Shown here: positions 25,269 to 39,738 of the stretch, piece by piece | Numbering within the stretch: the first letter of the stretch is position 1 | How the letters are laid out: the number at the start of each line of letters is the position of its first letter | Source of the DNA: Octopus sinensis | Lineage: Eukaryota | DNA length: 64,000 nucleotides | Assembly: GCF_006345805.1 (NCBI RefSeq) | Contig: NC_043016.1 | Span: forward strand, 15,376,001-15,440,000 | Direction: 5' to 3' | The notes under the pieces: generated by a model | The model's input: only the letters and a program-made list of their open reading frames with translations | The model's database searches: none | What the model was told of the DNA's origin: nothing | Made by a program: the position numbers and the translations under genes

Positions 25269-25492
25269 TTAACCCTTTAGCACTACACCAGAGTTGAGTG
25301 CAATGCTTATTTATTCACATTGTCTTCAGTTAATCATTCATTATCTCACAGCTCTGAGATTTCAATAATGTGATTGTTTATTTTTAGAATGACATTGTAA
25401 GGTACCAGGTGTCAGAGGCTAGATCTGGTCAGTTTGGACATGAAGCAGAATATTTTGGCCAGATATGGCCGATTTAAATGCTAAAGGCTTAA
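25269..25492. mobile_element. TTAA-flanked piggyBac-like MITE
   Basis: TTAA-CCCTTTAGCA...GCTAAAGGC-TTAA. Confidence 0.75.
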
Positions 25493-25911
25493 ATATTATT
25501 ATTATTAGTAAAAAATTTCTAAAACCTTTTATGTATTTTAGAAGTAATACCAATCTGTTCCACTTAAATTTTAGCAATAAGTCTTATATTGACCCCCAGG
25601 GATCATCTGGAGTCCCAAGGGTCATCTGGATTCCCAGGGCTCTATATTAATAACATCATAGACCTTAACATTTGTTTCTAGTATGGGTTATCTGTGTTAA
25701 CTTTTGCTTGTTTCAGTCAAAAGACTTCAGCCCATGCTGGAGCATCACCTTGAAGAATTTTTACTCAAATGAATCGATTCCAGTACTTTTTGTAAGTTTG
25801 ATATTTATTCTTGTGTTTTTTCTTTTTTCTTTTTTTTTTTGTCAAGTCACTAAGTTGCAAGGATGTAAACACACCAATACCGGTTGTGAAGCAGTGATGA
25901 CAAACACATAA

Positions 25912-25943
<32 letters not shown>

Positions 25944-26269
25944 GCACGCATGCATGCATACATACATACTTAATCAAAGTGTACAGTATTATATATCCAC
26001 TCCAGTTCAATTATGTAATCCTGCAAACTCCAGAGGTGGCAGTTGTGGAATAAAATATGGCAACTGCTCTCTATTGTTGGAGGTGAATAGACACATCTGG
26101 TTTGTGATTGCTGTCTTTGCAATTGGTCATCCGCATCTTGTGCCATCTTGTGCTGTTATTCCTGGTGGTGTGCTCTACATAGTCATCAAAAACCCACCAT
26201 GGGTGTCCATAGATCTGTTACAGTGGAATTATACAACCGAGGATATTCAACAAAGAATATCTCAACTCT

Positions 26270-27030
26270 GTCAAATGAGCTCTACACAAGAAAGATCATG
26301 AATGACGTTGCAAGTGCTCTTGGCCTCGCCCTGTGGTGTAACACCAGCAAGGTCATAACATGGTTTAAAACCAATAGCAGAAGTGGGTAGAGCTAGGTTT
26401 ACCCAATTCAATATAATGGACTTTTATCCATCTATGTCGAGGGAGTTCCTTTTTAAGGGACTGGATTTTGCTAGGTCATACACTGAAGTTAGAGACGAGG
26501 ATATACACACTATCACGCATGTCAGAAGAACCCTACTCTTCCGTAAGGGTTGGGCCTTGGCCAAACAAACTAACCCAGAAGGCTCCTTTGACATAGCAGC
26601 CGGGCACTTTTGACAGTGCTGACGTATGTGACCTTGCTGGCTTCTTCATCCTAAATTTGCTCAGAAAGAAGTTCCCTTCCACTAGCTTTGGCCTCTACAA
26701 GGATGAAGCGCTGGTAATATAAAGAGGGGCAAATGGTCACATGCCAGATAAGCTTAGAAAGGGCCATGCGAATACCATGAATTCTACTGGACTGAAGGTT
26801 ACAATAGAAACCAACCTGAAAATGGTGGATTTCCTTGATATGCCCTGGACTTGGAGTCCGGTGCCTATATACCATCTAGGAAGCCAAATGAGAAGTTATC
26901 ATATGAACACAGGTTCCTGTCATCCAGCCATAGTTTTCAAGAACTTTGTAAAAGACATCAGCAGAAGAATCTCTAACCTATCTTTTGGTGCTGCCGCTCC
27001 ATGCAATGATAAGGTCATAATGGTTATATA
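26270..27030 (+). mobile_element. Penelope-like reverse transcriptase fragment, degenerate
   Basis: VITWFK...FNIMDFYPSMS...KGLDFA...GLYKDEAL...GLKVTIETNLKMVDFLD...HP..VFKNFVKDISRRIS. Confidence 0.8.
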
Positions 27031-27285
27031 AAATTGTACACTTCAATTAATATACACACTTGACACTTTCTACTGACAGATATGAGTGCATTTTTTCCTG
27101 ACTTATGGATTTTTAGATGACTTTATATATATATAATATTCAGAGATGTACTTGCATAGCAAGTGACCTGATCTGAGATCGTGTGCTGAAACAAAAACAA
27201 TTGCTGCATGAATTTAAATGTTGAAGTGAATCTAATGGCTTTTGGTGTTTTATAAATGGCTTATAAGCACCTTCACACTGCAATG

Positions 27286-27376
<91 letters not shown>

Positions 27377-27395
27377 TAATAGATAGATAGATATC

Positions 27396-27451
<56 letters not shown>

Positions 27452-28039
27452 TAAATTGCCTTTAAATCGCCACATTCATTCAAACTCATCTTTTCTCTAA
27501 AATAATTCTTTCTTGTTCACTGTACCCCTTAAAATGAATTTTCATGTCCATGGTTGCAACCACCCTTTCCCACCCCCACCACCAATACCGGAAATCTCTT
27601 TCTCTTACCGGACACCCAGTTGCCTTCCCCTCTCTCCTCTTACATTGGTAATCTCGCCGCCCTCTCCTTTCTCTCCCCACCATCTCTGGACTAAATAAAC
27701 CAGATAGCAGCCCACTTACCCTCTTTCACTCTCTCTCTCTCTCTCTCTTTTTCTTCAATTTTTTTTCATATTTATATCTGCAGCATCAGTAATGCTAACA
27801 CCCACAATGCTCATAACGCTTATATTCACAATGCCCCAAACACTTTCATATACAATGCTTCCTCACTCCCACCCCTACCCCCAGTAGAGGCAACAACCTT
27901 AACAATTCTAACATGTTTGAATGACGGTAGGTTAAAAGCAAGAACAACTGTTATGATGTCTGTTACCAAACAATCACAGGAACCTTCGTTTCAGGAGCTG
28001 AATAACATCTCTCCTTCCTGTGTTACCTCCCATATCTCC

Positions 28040-31000
28040 TTCCCAGTTTTCAGAGTTAGCACTCTAAATGCAGACACATTGAAAGGTAGGTCCAGTGAGA
28101 TTGTAGAGATGCATGAGTGGAGATGTGTTGATGTATGTTGCGTACAAGAGGTAAGATGGAGAGGAGCTTCAGCCAGAGTCCTAACAGGTAAAGCACATAG
28201 GTATAAACTCTTCTGGGAAAGTAATAGTGATGGAATAGGGGGTGTGGGGTTACTTCTTGCAGAGAGGTGGGTGGATAAGGTTGTAGGGGTAGTGAGGGTG
28301 TGCGATAGAGTACTTAAACTCAGGTTGGTCTAGCAGAATAGTATAGCTATAATTATCTCCACCTACGCCCCACAAGTAGGCCTACCAAATGAACAGAAGG
28401 ATCACTTTTATATTCTTCAGCAGGCTACCTCATAGATAAGTGATAATGATCTCATCTTTGTGGCTGGAGATTTTAATGGGCATGTCAGACAGCAACCTGG
28501 TATCTTCCATGGTGTACATGGGGGCCATGGAGTTGGTATCAAAAATGAAGAAGGAACTAGGCTCCTGGCGTTCTGCAATGCAAATAACCTATTGACCTGC
28601 AGCACCAACTTCAGGAAGCCAGCCAGCCACCTTATAACCTATCAATCAGGTGACTCTGCTAGGCAGATCGATTTCATTATCACTACACAGTAGGATGCAT
28701 GGTTGCTCTTAAAAACAAAGACCCTCCCTGGTGAAGAATGTACCCCCCAGCATAAACTAGTTATTAGTGACTTTAGACTCGAGGCCAGAAGGATGCCATG
28801 AAGCAGACCAATCTGGAAAAGAAGGACTTGGAAGCTTAGAAACCCTTCACATGGTCACAGATGTAGGGATATCCTTACCAAGAAATTTGATGATAGGGAG
28901 GAGGAGCTACAGTTCTGTGACATAGAAGGCAGCTGGGAATTCCTACGAGACAGCTCGCTGAATGCCACAGACCAAATCTGTGGCTGGTGCAGAGTCCCTT
29001 CCAGACCATGGTGGTAGAAACAATACTGTAGACAGGGCCATTAGAGCAACGAAACAGGTCTGGAAGAGCAGGGGTATCAGATAGCCAGAAGGGAAGATAG
29101 GAGATAAGTATATATAGCCAAGGGACAAGCAGAAAAGGAATAAGTTTGCCAATGTTCAGTGACTTGAGGACCAAAGAACTGAAGTATTTCAGACTGCAAG
29201 ACAGTGTGTGAGAGAAAATTGTGATGTCATAAGAGAGAAATGTGTCTGCATGGATGATGGTGCACTTGCTTTAAATGATTCTGCAAAGAAAGAGGCTTGG
29301 AGATGCCATTATGAAAGACTGCTGAATGTGGAGAATGAATGGGAGGAGGAGAGTCTGCTAAAGGTTGACCCAATTCAGGGACCAGTTACCCAAATCAACA
29401 GTACCCTGATAGATAAAGCAATTAAGGATGTGAAGACAAGGAAAGCTTCTGGCCCATCAGGAATCACAGCTGAAATGCTTAAAATATCGGGTGGTGTGTG
29501 TTATGGTCTTGTCACCCACATCGTAAATCAGGTGATTCATGAAGGAGTCATACCCAATGACTGGTGTAGCAGCACCATAGTCAACTGCTACAAGGGTAAA
29601 GGTGATACTTTAGATAGAAATAACTACAGGGGTATCAAACTGCTGGATCAGGTGATGAAAGTTACAGAGAGGGTCATAGCCCAACTAATTAGGGAGAGAG
29701 TTAGCCTAGATGAGATGCAGTTTGGTTTTGTGCCATGCAGAAGCACCAATGATGCTATATTTCTGGCAAGGCAACTGCAGGAGAAATACCTAGCCAAAGA
29801 TAAACCGCTGTACTTGGCTTTTGTTGACTTGGAGAAAGCCTTGGACAGGATCCCCTGATCCCTTATCTGGTGGTCAATGTGGAAACTGGAGATAGACAAG
29901 TGGCTAGTAAGAACTCTACAAGCCCTGTCCAAGGATGCTGTCATTAAGGTGAGGGTTGGCAATGAGTATAGTGAAGAATTCCGAGTAGAAGTAGGGGTTC
30001 ACCAAGGATTAGTCCTCAGCCCCCTCTTATTCATTATAGTCCTCCAGGCAATAGCAGAGGAATTCAAGACAGGATGCCCCTAGGAGCACCTCTGTGCTGA
30101 TGACCTTGCTCTAATAGCTGAGTCACTGTCAGAATTGGAGATAAAGTTCAGGGTATGGAAGCAAGGTCTAGAATTGAAGGGCCTTAGGGTTAACCTAGCA
30201 AAAACCAAAGTCTTAGTAAGTAGGAAGGCAGGCAAATCACAATCCACTTCAGGTAAAATCTGTAAAAAAGGCGTGGGTAGAAACTCCATACTTTGTACCT
30301 GGCATAAGCTATGGACACATAAAAGGTGCAGCAATATCAAAGGAAGGTTAACCACGAAAATAGTTTTTGTGTGTGGCAGATGCACTGGAGCAAAAAACAC
30401 TGATGATGTACAGAAAACAGATTCCATCACATGCTAAGGGAAGAAACTAGAAGTAGTTAATAGCTTCTGCTACATAGGTGGCCAAATCTGTAGTGGAGGT
30501 GGTTGCTCTTAGAATGCAGCAACTAGCCTGAGCAAAGTTCAGGGAGATCCTACTTTTGCTGGCAACTAAGGGACTCTCACTCAGGGTGAAAGGTAGACTG
30601 TATGATGCATGTGTGCAAACTGCCATATTACATGGCAATGAAACATGGGCCATGACTGCTGAGGACATGGGTAGGCTTGAGAGAAATGAAGCTGGTATCA
30701 TCCACTGGATGTGTAATGTCAGTGTGCATACATGGCAGAGTTAAGTGCCCATAAGAAAGTTTGAGCATAAGAAGCATCAAATGTTTTTGTGTAAGAGAGG
30801 TGACTGTGCTGGTATGGCCATGTGTTAGGTGTGGATGAGGACAGCTGTGTGAAGATATGCCACACCCTAACTGTGGAAGGAACATGTGGAAGAGGTAGAC
30901 TGAGGAAGATATGAAATGAGGTGGTGAAGCATGTCCTTCGAACATTGGGCCTCACAAAGGCAATGACAAGAAACCAGGACCTTTGGAGATACACTGTGAT

Positions 31001-31320
31001 TGAGAAGGCCCAGCAACTAAAGTGAGATCATAGCCGTACATGTCCAGCCCTGTTAAGAATACTCCTGATGTGTCGGGTGGAATGATATGCTTGAGATGAC
31101 CTGTTGAGTCAAGTAACACCAATATCATAGCTGTGGCCCCTGACTGGCCCTCATGCCTGTGGCACATAAAAATGTGATTGATGCCAGGCCTGCCTGACTG
31201 GCTCCTCTGCCAATGGCATGTGAAAAGCACCCACTACACTCTAAGAGTGGTTGGCATTAGGAAGGGCATCCAACAGTACAAACATTGCTAGTTCAGATTG
31301 GAGCCTAGTGCAGCCGCTGT
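28040..31320 (+). mobile_element. Near-complete but degenerate RTE-clade LINE (APE endonuclease, RT, PHD finger, 3' UTR)
   Basis: TLN..TL.G..., VQEVRWRG, AGDFNGH, IDFI, NYRGIKLL, QFGF, AFVDLEKA, GVHQG.VLSP, ADDL. Many stops and frameshifts. Confidence 0.92.
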
Positions 31321-31399
31321 CTTGGGGTTAGTAGCCCATGCTCTTAACCACTACACCATATGCCCGTAGGCAATTATGGAGTGAATTTTAGGGCTTATA

Positions 31400-31800
31400 A
31401 ATCTAATATTCTCCTGTCCTTCCTTAATACCAGTTCCCTATGCTACTCATATCTGCACTCAGTCTGCTTAGGAGGTTGTTGTGTCCTAGCATATGTGCTG
31501 CTTCTTTTAGTTTTCGTATTTTCCAGTGGTGTTCTCTGTCTATTATTTTAACTTCATCCCACATGGGGAGGTGGTCTCCATTTTTCCATACATGATCAAT
31601 TTATCAATATTTCCCCATATCACAGCTTTGCGATGTTCCTCTACCCATACTTTGAGGGGGTGGCATGTTTCACCTTTGTATAACCTACCACAACTGCATG
31701 GGATGGAGTACACACAGTTCTTGGTCATATTCTCTTCTATTGGTGATTTTACTCAAAGGAGATATTCTCAAACGATGTGTTAATAACAAACAAGGTGAGG
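31400..31800 (-). mobile_element. Penelope-like GIY-YIG fragment
   Basis: KNCVYSIPCSCGRLYKGETCHPLKVWVEEHRKAV. Confidence 0.8.
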
Positions 31801-31849
31801 ACAAATATCTGTCAACTGTAAATAATGTAAATAATGTACATAATTCCTC

Positions 31850-32909
31850 ATCTCTGGGCAGTGAAACATGGCTGTGACTGCTGAGGATATGCATAAGCTC
31901 ACAAGGAATGAAACCAGTATGACCCGATGGCTGTGTAATGTCAGTGTTCATACCCGACAGAGTGTAAGTACCTTGAGAGAAAAGTTGGACATAAGAAGCA
32001 TCAGATGTGGTATGCAGGAGAGACAACTGCGCTGGTATGGTCATGTACTATGGATGGATGAGGAGAGATGTGTGAAGAAGTGCCACTCCCAAACAGTTGA
32101 AGGAATCCAGGGTAGAGGTAGACCCAGGGATGAAGTGGTGAAGCACAACCTTCGAACTTTGGGCCTCACCGAGGAAATGACTGATGACTGAGACTTTTGG
32201 AAATATGCTGTGCAGGAGAAGACCCAGCAAGCCAAATGAGACCATAATCTCGTGGATTATGCCAGGGGCGTTACCAGTCCACTTATGCGTACCTTTTCCT
32301 TCTTTGGACACTAAACTCTGCTTACGAAGACCTGTTGAGGCAAGTGAAAACAAATCAAAATCAAAATCGATGACTGGCGTCTGTGCTAGTGGGGTGCAAA
32401 GAGCACCATATGAGTGTGATCATTGACAGAGCGGCTAACCGGCTTCTGTGCCAGTGACACTTAAAAAGCACCATTCGAGCGTGATCGTTACCAGCATCGC
32501 CTTACAGGCACTCGAGCCCTGTGCTAGTCGGGTATTAAGAGCACCATCCAAGCATGATCATTGCCAGAGCAGCTATTTGGCCTCCATGCCAGTGGCACGT
32601 AAAAGACACCATCTGAGCATGATTGTTACCAGCATCGCCCACTGGCAACTGTGCCGGTGGCATGTGTAAAAGATTCGAGTGAGGTCATTGCCAGTACTGC
32701 CTGACAGGCCCCCGTGCCGATGGCACGTAAAAAGCACCCACGACACCCTTGGAGTGGTTGGTGTTAGGAAGGGCATCCAGCTGTAGAAACTCTGCTAGAT
32801 CAAGATTGAAGCCTGGTGCAGCCATCTGGTTCACCAGCCCTCAGTCATTCGTCCAACCCATGCTAGCATGGAAAGCGGACGTTAAACGATGATGATGATG
32901 ATGATGATG
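31850..32909 (+). mobile_element. RTE LINE 3' fragment with tandem-unit 3' UTR and (GAT)n tail
   Basis: ETWAVTAEDM.KL.RNE..., about 5 diverged UTR units at 32380-32740, tail 32888-32909. Confidence 0.85.
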
Positions 32910-34910
32910 TACGGAAAAATATCTGCCAGTGCTGGCTATAGTCTAGTCACCCGTATAGTTAACCAGGTGATACATGAAGGAGTCATACCCAATAAATAGA
33001 CTATGGTGTAGCAGCACCATAGTCAACTGCTACAAAGGTAAATGTACCACTCTAGATACAAATAATTACAGAGGTATCAAGCTATTGGATCAGGTAATGA
33101 AAGTCATGGAGAGGATCATAGCCCAACTAATTAGGGAGAGAGTCAGTCTGGATGAGATGCAGTTTGGGTTTGTGCCAGGGAAAAGCTCCACTGATACTAT
33201 ATTTCTGGTAAGACAGCTTCAGGAGAAATATCTAGCCAAAGATAAACCTCTGTATCTGGCTTTCATTGACATGGAGAAAGCCTTTGACAGGGACCCCTTA
33301 TCTGGTGGTCAATATGGAAACTAGGGATAGATGAGTGGTTAGTGAGAGCTGATCCAGCCATGTACAGGGATGCTGTCAGTAAGGTGAAGGTTGGCAATGA
33401 AGAATTCCGTGTAGGGGTAGGGGTCCACCAAGGTTCAGTCCTCAGACCCCCTCCTATTTATCATAGTCCTCCAGGCAATAACGAAGGAACTCAAGACAGG
33501 ATGCCCCTGGGAGCTCCTCTATGCTGATGACCTTGCTCTAATTTCTGAGTCACTATCAGAAGTAGAGGAAAAGTTTCAGGTGTGGAAGCAAAGATTAGAA
33601 TCAAAGGGCCTGAGGGTCAACCTAGCTAAAAGCAAAGTCCTAATAAGTAGGAAGTCAGACAAACCACAAATCCCTTCAGGTAGATGGCCCGGCTCAATCT
33701 GTAGAAAAGGTGTAGGTAGAAATTCTATGAGATGCACCAGATGTAAGCATAAGAGGTGCAGCAATATCAAAGGGAGGCTAACGGGGAAGATAGTTTTTGT
33801 GTGTGGCAGATGCTCAGGAGCAATAAACACTGAAAATGTACAGAAAACAGCCAGGGGAAAAAACTAGAAATTGTTGATAGCTTCCGTTACCTAGGTGACC
33901 AAGTCAGTAGCAGAGGTGAATGCTCTGAGAGTGTAGCTGCTAGAATAAGAATAGCCTGGGCAAAGTTCAGAGTTCCTACCTCTGCTGGTGACAAAGGGCC
34001 TCTTGCTCAGAGTAAAATATAGACTGTATGATGCATGTGTGCGAACAGCCATGCTACACAGCAGTGAAAAATGGGCCATGACTGATGAGGACATGTGTAA
34101 GCTTGCAAGGAATGAAGCCAGTATGATCCACTGGATGTGTAATGTCAGTGTGCATACACAACAGAATGTAAGTGTCCTGAGAGAAAAGTTGGACATAAGA
34201 AGCATCAGAAGTTGTGGGCAAGAGAGACGACTGCACTGGTATTGTCATGTTACATATGGATGAGGACAGCTGTGTGAAAAAGTGTCACACCCTAGCAGTA
34301 GAGGAAACCTGTGGAAGAGGTAGATCCAGAAAGATCTGGGATGAGGTGGTGAAGCATGAAAATTGGGCCTTACTGAGGCAATGACTAGTGACCGAGACCT
34401 TTAGAGATATGATGGGCCTCATGGAGGTGATGACATGTGATCAAGACCTCTGGACAAATGCTGTGCTTGAGAAGACCCTGCAAGCCAAGTAAGACCGGAC
34501 CTATGCCAATGTCGCATAACTGGCCCATTTAAGAGTACCCTTCAATCATTGGGCAATAAACTGCACTTGTGAAGACCTGTTGAGTCAAGTGAACTCATCG
34601 TTGCAGCCAATGACAGTACTGCGTGATTGGCACCCATGCCAGTGATATGTAAACAGCACCATTCGAGCATGGTCGCTGCCAGTGCTGCCTGACTGGTTCC
34701 GTGCCGGTGGCATGCAAAAAGCACCATTCGAGCTTGGTCAATGCCAGTGCCAACTGACTGGATCCCATGCTGGAGCACCATTCAAGTATAGTTGATGCCA
34801 GTACCGCCTGACTGGCCCTCGTGCTGGTGGCACATAAAAACACCCACTACACTCTTCGAGTGGTTGGCATTAGGAAGGGCATCCAGCTGTAGAAACACTG
34901 CCAGATCATT
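32910..34910 (+). mobile_element. 5'-truncated RTE LINE (RT to 3' UTR), degenerate
   Basis: NYRGIKLLDQVMK...QFGFVPGKS...YADDL...PHD finger...3' UTR units. Begins immediately after the previous copy's (GAT)n tail. Confidence 0.9.
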
Positions 34911-35022
34911 ATTTACATTATTTACATTTGACGGATATTTGTTCTCATCCTGTTTGTTGTTAACACAATGTTTCGGCTGATATACCCCCCAGCCTTCATC
35001 TCATTCCTGAGGTATTTTTTGA

Positions 35023-35056
<34 letters not shown>

Positions 35057-36864
35057 ATCACTGCCTGGAATTGAACTCGGAATCTCGGGGTTAGTAAACC
35101 CTATTTTTACTGCTATGGGACTGCTACCTCGGTTCACACCTAAACTACGGAACTCATTGAATATTTTGCACCAATTACATCTTGCAGCTCTCAAGTACTG
35201 AATCTAAATACCTCAGATGATATGGAGAAATTAACTTATGTCTCCCATTAAACAATAAAAATCCATATTTATAAGAAAAAAAAGTATCACTTTTCATGAC
35301 TAAGGACGATGTACTTGCTAGACATCAACATATTTTGCTAAATCTGTAACTTACAGTTATAATAAAAAGTGTCCCAATGCCTGACATAAAATTCAAGGGA
35401 GATTACTAGCATTTTACTGAAGAATCCTGGCTGAAGCAGAAAAATGAGTCGTTGTGCTATCGTTGGGTATGATGGAAAGAAAGCATCTGTTAGAATTTGG
35501 GATTATAACTGGTTAACATTCAGTAAGCTTTGTCCCTAATAAGGGTAAATGATCAAACACGGGGGAGGGGGGGAGTAGCTAGATAATAAATGAAACAGTT
35601 TAATCCTGAATTTCCCAATGCTCTTACTGGCCAGAATATCTTAAAAGTATCTGATGGACCCTCATATTGGGCCGCTATCAAATATAATAAATCTCCAAAC
35701 AAATTATGCCTCCTCACTAAAAAGCACATTCATCATTCATTACTGGGGTATAAAGAAAAGTTCCTGTTTCTTCGGTATGTAGAAGTCTTAACAACATCCA
35801 GATTTTGTAAACTTACATTTTAAAAACCTCTTACAAGAGAAAAATTATTAAGGCTACTCGATCCATGGGGAAATAATTAACAAAGTTCATTAATCTATTA
35901 GTTAAAAATAAACAAAAAAGTTAAATATCAAAACTGGTATCAAACTCTTACTAATTGAAGAATATAGAATATCTCTTTTAAGAGATTAATTCTTGAGACC
36001 GCTAATTTTCAACATGACCAGTTATTAGCTATTTGCTTACCATAGAGAAATTTGTGTGCAAAGAAATTAATTAACATCCTCTTTATCTAAATTTAGTGGT
36101 TCAGGGAGTCTTCCTTCAAACAGAAATTCTCAGTTCAAACAAAAAAGATTTCGTAAATTTCTTCCATAGCAATGTCATTACTATACATAACTTACGTGTG
36201 TAAGGAACCCCCTAATTTTGGGGTCTTAAAATTTGGAAAAAAAGGTTTTGTAAGGGATTATAATACTATCCATGTACAAGAAACTCCCATATTTTCTTAA
36301 TCTGATTCTTGACAAAAAAGGGTTCCTTTTACACGTTAAAATACGGTAATTATGCTATTGTTGCTTAAATCGAAGCCATCCCTGTTCGTACAGACATATG
36401 AACAAAGGGATTCCAGCAGTGACCATCCAGTATATTTTTAAACTAAATGGAAGGGCATTACTTACTGTAACCTGCCTTTTTTGTAAGGCGGGGACGTCAA
36501 AAGGCTACTATTTCAAGCACGTAGAGCTACCACGTGCAAGCTTCTTGCTTGCGACGAGTTAATTAAAGGTAGGTAACTCTGTCTGAAGCTTATAAAATCT
36601 TTGTGCAATTTTATCTCTGTATAATGTAATTGGCCTTGAGGAAAATAAATATAATTTAGTATATTTTTAAGAGATTAATTCTTGAGACCGCTACTTTTCA
36701 ACCTGACTAGTATCATTTGGCTTTTAAACTTATTTCCCATAAACTTTTGGTAATATTCTTGAATATGAAAACAGCTTAGACTTCTTTTATTAAGGTGCAA
36801 GATCTCTTATAAGAAAAATTGTAAACATTTTAAATATTTTTATTCTTGAGATTGTTGATTTTCA

Positions 36865-38000
36865 TGGTGTAGCAGCACCATAGTCAACTCCTACAAAGAT
36901 AAAGGTGATGCCTTGGATAGAAATAATTACAGAGATATCAAATTGATGAAAGTTACAGAGAAAGTCATAGCCCAGCTAATTATGGAGGGAATTAGTCTAG
37001 ATGAGATGCAGTTCGGTTTTGAACCAGGGAGAAGTATCGCTGATGCTATATTTCTGGTAAGACAGCTGCAGGAGAAATAAATAGCCAAAGATAAACCTCT
37101 GTACCTGGCTTTTGTTGTCTTGGTGGAAAATGCGGAAACTAGGGATAGGCACGTGGCTGGTGAGAGTTGTACAACCCAGGTACAGAGACGCCACCAGTAA
37201 GGTAAAGGATTGGTAATGAGTACAGCGAAGAATTCAGGGTACAAGTAGGGGTTCACCCCATTGTTCATCATAGTCCTTTAGGCAATAACAGGAATTTAAG
37301 ACAGGCTGCCCCTGGGGGCTTCTCTACACTGATGACCTTGTTCTTATAACTAAATCACTACAAGAACTAGAGAAGTTCCAGGCATGGAAGCAAGGTCTAG
37401 AATCGAAGAGCCTTAGAGTAAACCTAGCAAAAACCAAAGTCTTAGTAAGTAGGAAGGCAGACAAATCACAAATCCCTTCAGGTACATAGCCCTACTCAAT
37501 CTGTAGAAAAGGTGCTCTGTAAGATGCACCCAGAATAAGATTTGGACACATAAAAGGTGCAGCAATATCAGAGGAAAGTTAACAGGGAAAATAGTTTTTG
37601 TATATGAAAGATGCACAGGGACAATAAACGCTGAAAATTTGCAGAAAATAGACTCCTTCAAGTGTTGGGGGAGCAGGTGCATTATCTAGGTGACTAGGTT
37701 AGTAGTGGAGGTGGATGTTCCAAGAGCATAACTGAGAATAAGATTATGCTGGTTAAGGTTCAGAGAGCTCCTACCTCTCCTAGCAACGAAGGGCCTCTAG
37801 CTCAGAGTGAAAGGTAGACTGTATGATGCCTTTGTGCAAACAGCTATGCTGCATGGCAGTGAAACATGGGCTGTGACAGCCAAGGACATGCATAGGCTTG
37901 AGAGAAATGAAGTCAGGATGTGCAATGTCAGTGTGCATGTTCGGTAGAGTGTAAGCATATTAAGAGAAAAGATAGGCATAAGAAGCATTAGATATGGTGC
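36865..38000 (+). mobile_element. Degenerate RTE LINE RT fragment
   Basis: NYR.IKL...LDEMQFGFEPG...; nucleotide similarity to the other RTE copies. Confidence 0.8.
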
Positions 38001-38489
38001 ACAAGAGAGACAAATGTACTGGCATGGATTTGGGAGATGGAAACTGGGAGAAGCCTATTTTGTGTGTGTGTGTGATACAGACGTTAAACAATGATGATGA
38101 TGCACACATACACACATAGATGTATATGTATATATGCATGTATATATGCATGTATGTATGTAGGTATGTGGGTGTGAGTGTATGTGTTTGAGTGTGTGTG
38201 TGTTTGTCTGCTTGTCTTGACATCATGTGATAGTTGTAAATGAGTGTCACTGTCATACAAGCAGCGTCATTCATTTCAAATATTCTGTGAGACTACGTCT
38301 AGCCATTGGGGAAATATTACCTTGCTTGGAAACAGGTGAAGGTTGGTGACAGGAAGGGCACCCAGCTGCAGAAAATCTGCCTCAATAAAATTCCATCTGA
38401 CCCTTGTAAGCATGGAAAAGTGGGCATGAAAGTGTCGAAATGATGTTGACAATGATGATGATGATATATATACATATATATATATATAT

Positions 38490-38527
<38 letters not shown>

Positions 38528-38550
38528 TCAGACAAAGAAAACAAACTTAC

Positions 38551-38873
38551 CTCCACATTTCCGAGTATAGATACACATATGATATACATTTTGGTCCTTT
38601 CGGTGGTTCAAACTGATCCAATTTTGCAATGCTAGATGCAATACCCCATATAATTAGATATTTCACCATAAAAAACTGCCCTTGGCAATATCCAATTCCA
38701 ACAAGTGTCCACTGAGAAAGCGATTCCACGATGGCCAAATTATATGACAAGGAATTGTAGTAGAAATAGTGGAGAATAATATGGAAGCAAAGTGCCCAAC
38801 CGCCAATTCTTAAGAAATCAGTAACATGATTTTTTAGCCTTTGCTTAGACCAGATTTGCTGAGGTTTGGAAAT
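38551..38873 (-). CDS. HHAT: Hedgehog acyltransferase (HHAT/Rasp), next internal exon
   Basis: ttttattttttgtAG acceptor and AG|GTAAGT donor. 323 nt, phase 0/2: ISKPQQIWSKQRLKNHVTDFLRIGGWALCFHIILHYFYYNSLSYNLAIVESLSQWTLVGIGYCQGQFFMVKYLIIWGIASSIAKLDQFEPPKGPKCISYVYLYSEMW(R), matching human HHAT ...FFYVKYLVLFG...LDGLTPP..PRCVS.MFSFTGMWR. In frame with the 62.7-kb exon. Confidence 0.92.
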
Positions 38874-39509
38874 CTACAAAAAATAAAAACAAAGTACAGA
38901 AAAATAAATTTGTGATATCAAAATATATATATATATATATATACAAAATAAGAAAATGGAGAAATATATCTAAATCATTCATCAACTATCAGATAATACC
39001 GAATCATATACTTTATTAAAACACTACACAAGAGCATTAAGATAGACATTAATACAGTACAATAATTACAATCAATATAATGAGATATAACTAAATAAAT
39101 ATAACAAGATATAAAAAACATATACATTATAACTGACAGCTGTTTCGGCCATGCAGATAAGTATGTCTCATTTAACCTATATTAGCCATATATTGCAGGT
39201 ATAAATGATTATATAATATATATATATATTAATAATATATTATTATTAAATAAGGAAATCAATATCAAAACTCCTCAGAAAGATATACACGTGTGAAAAT
39301 AGTTGTGTATTAAAAATATATAAATAAATAAATATAAATATGTATAAAAATATTGTAAATATGCATAAGTATAAATATATATATATAAGTATATGACAGT
39401 TTAAAAGTTTTTAATTAATTATTTAAAGTATCTTACGATCGTTTCACAGAAGAAATATATATCAAAATATATGTAAATGACTGCATTTTAAACAATAAAG
39501 TTTATCACT

Positions 39510-39738
39510 TTAACCCTTTCGTTACCAACCCGGCCTAAACCGGCTCTGGCTCTGTAGTATAAATGTCTTGTTTAAATTAGCTTTTTATTAAAATATATCA
39601 GCAAACCTTAGTTGCAATTTATGTCCCTAACACTAGCTTAATGATAACTAAGTAATCTTACTAAATTCTTTGTTATATTTAAAGTAACTGAAAGAAACAA
39701 AGAGCATCTCAACAGAAATACAGTAACAAAAGGGTTAA
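39510..39738. mobile_element. TTAA-flanked MITE (second family)
   Basis: TTAA-CCCTTTCGTTAC...GTAACAAAAGGG-TTAA. Confidence 0.75.

Noticed and set aside
36195-36230. Minus-strand PKLGGSLH before a GTAAGT site, resembling HHAT YIPxGGS
   Set aside because: No YIYIP context or acceptor, and it does not continue to the WHG motif.
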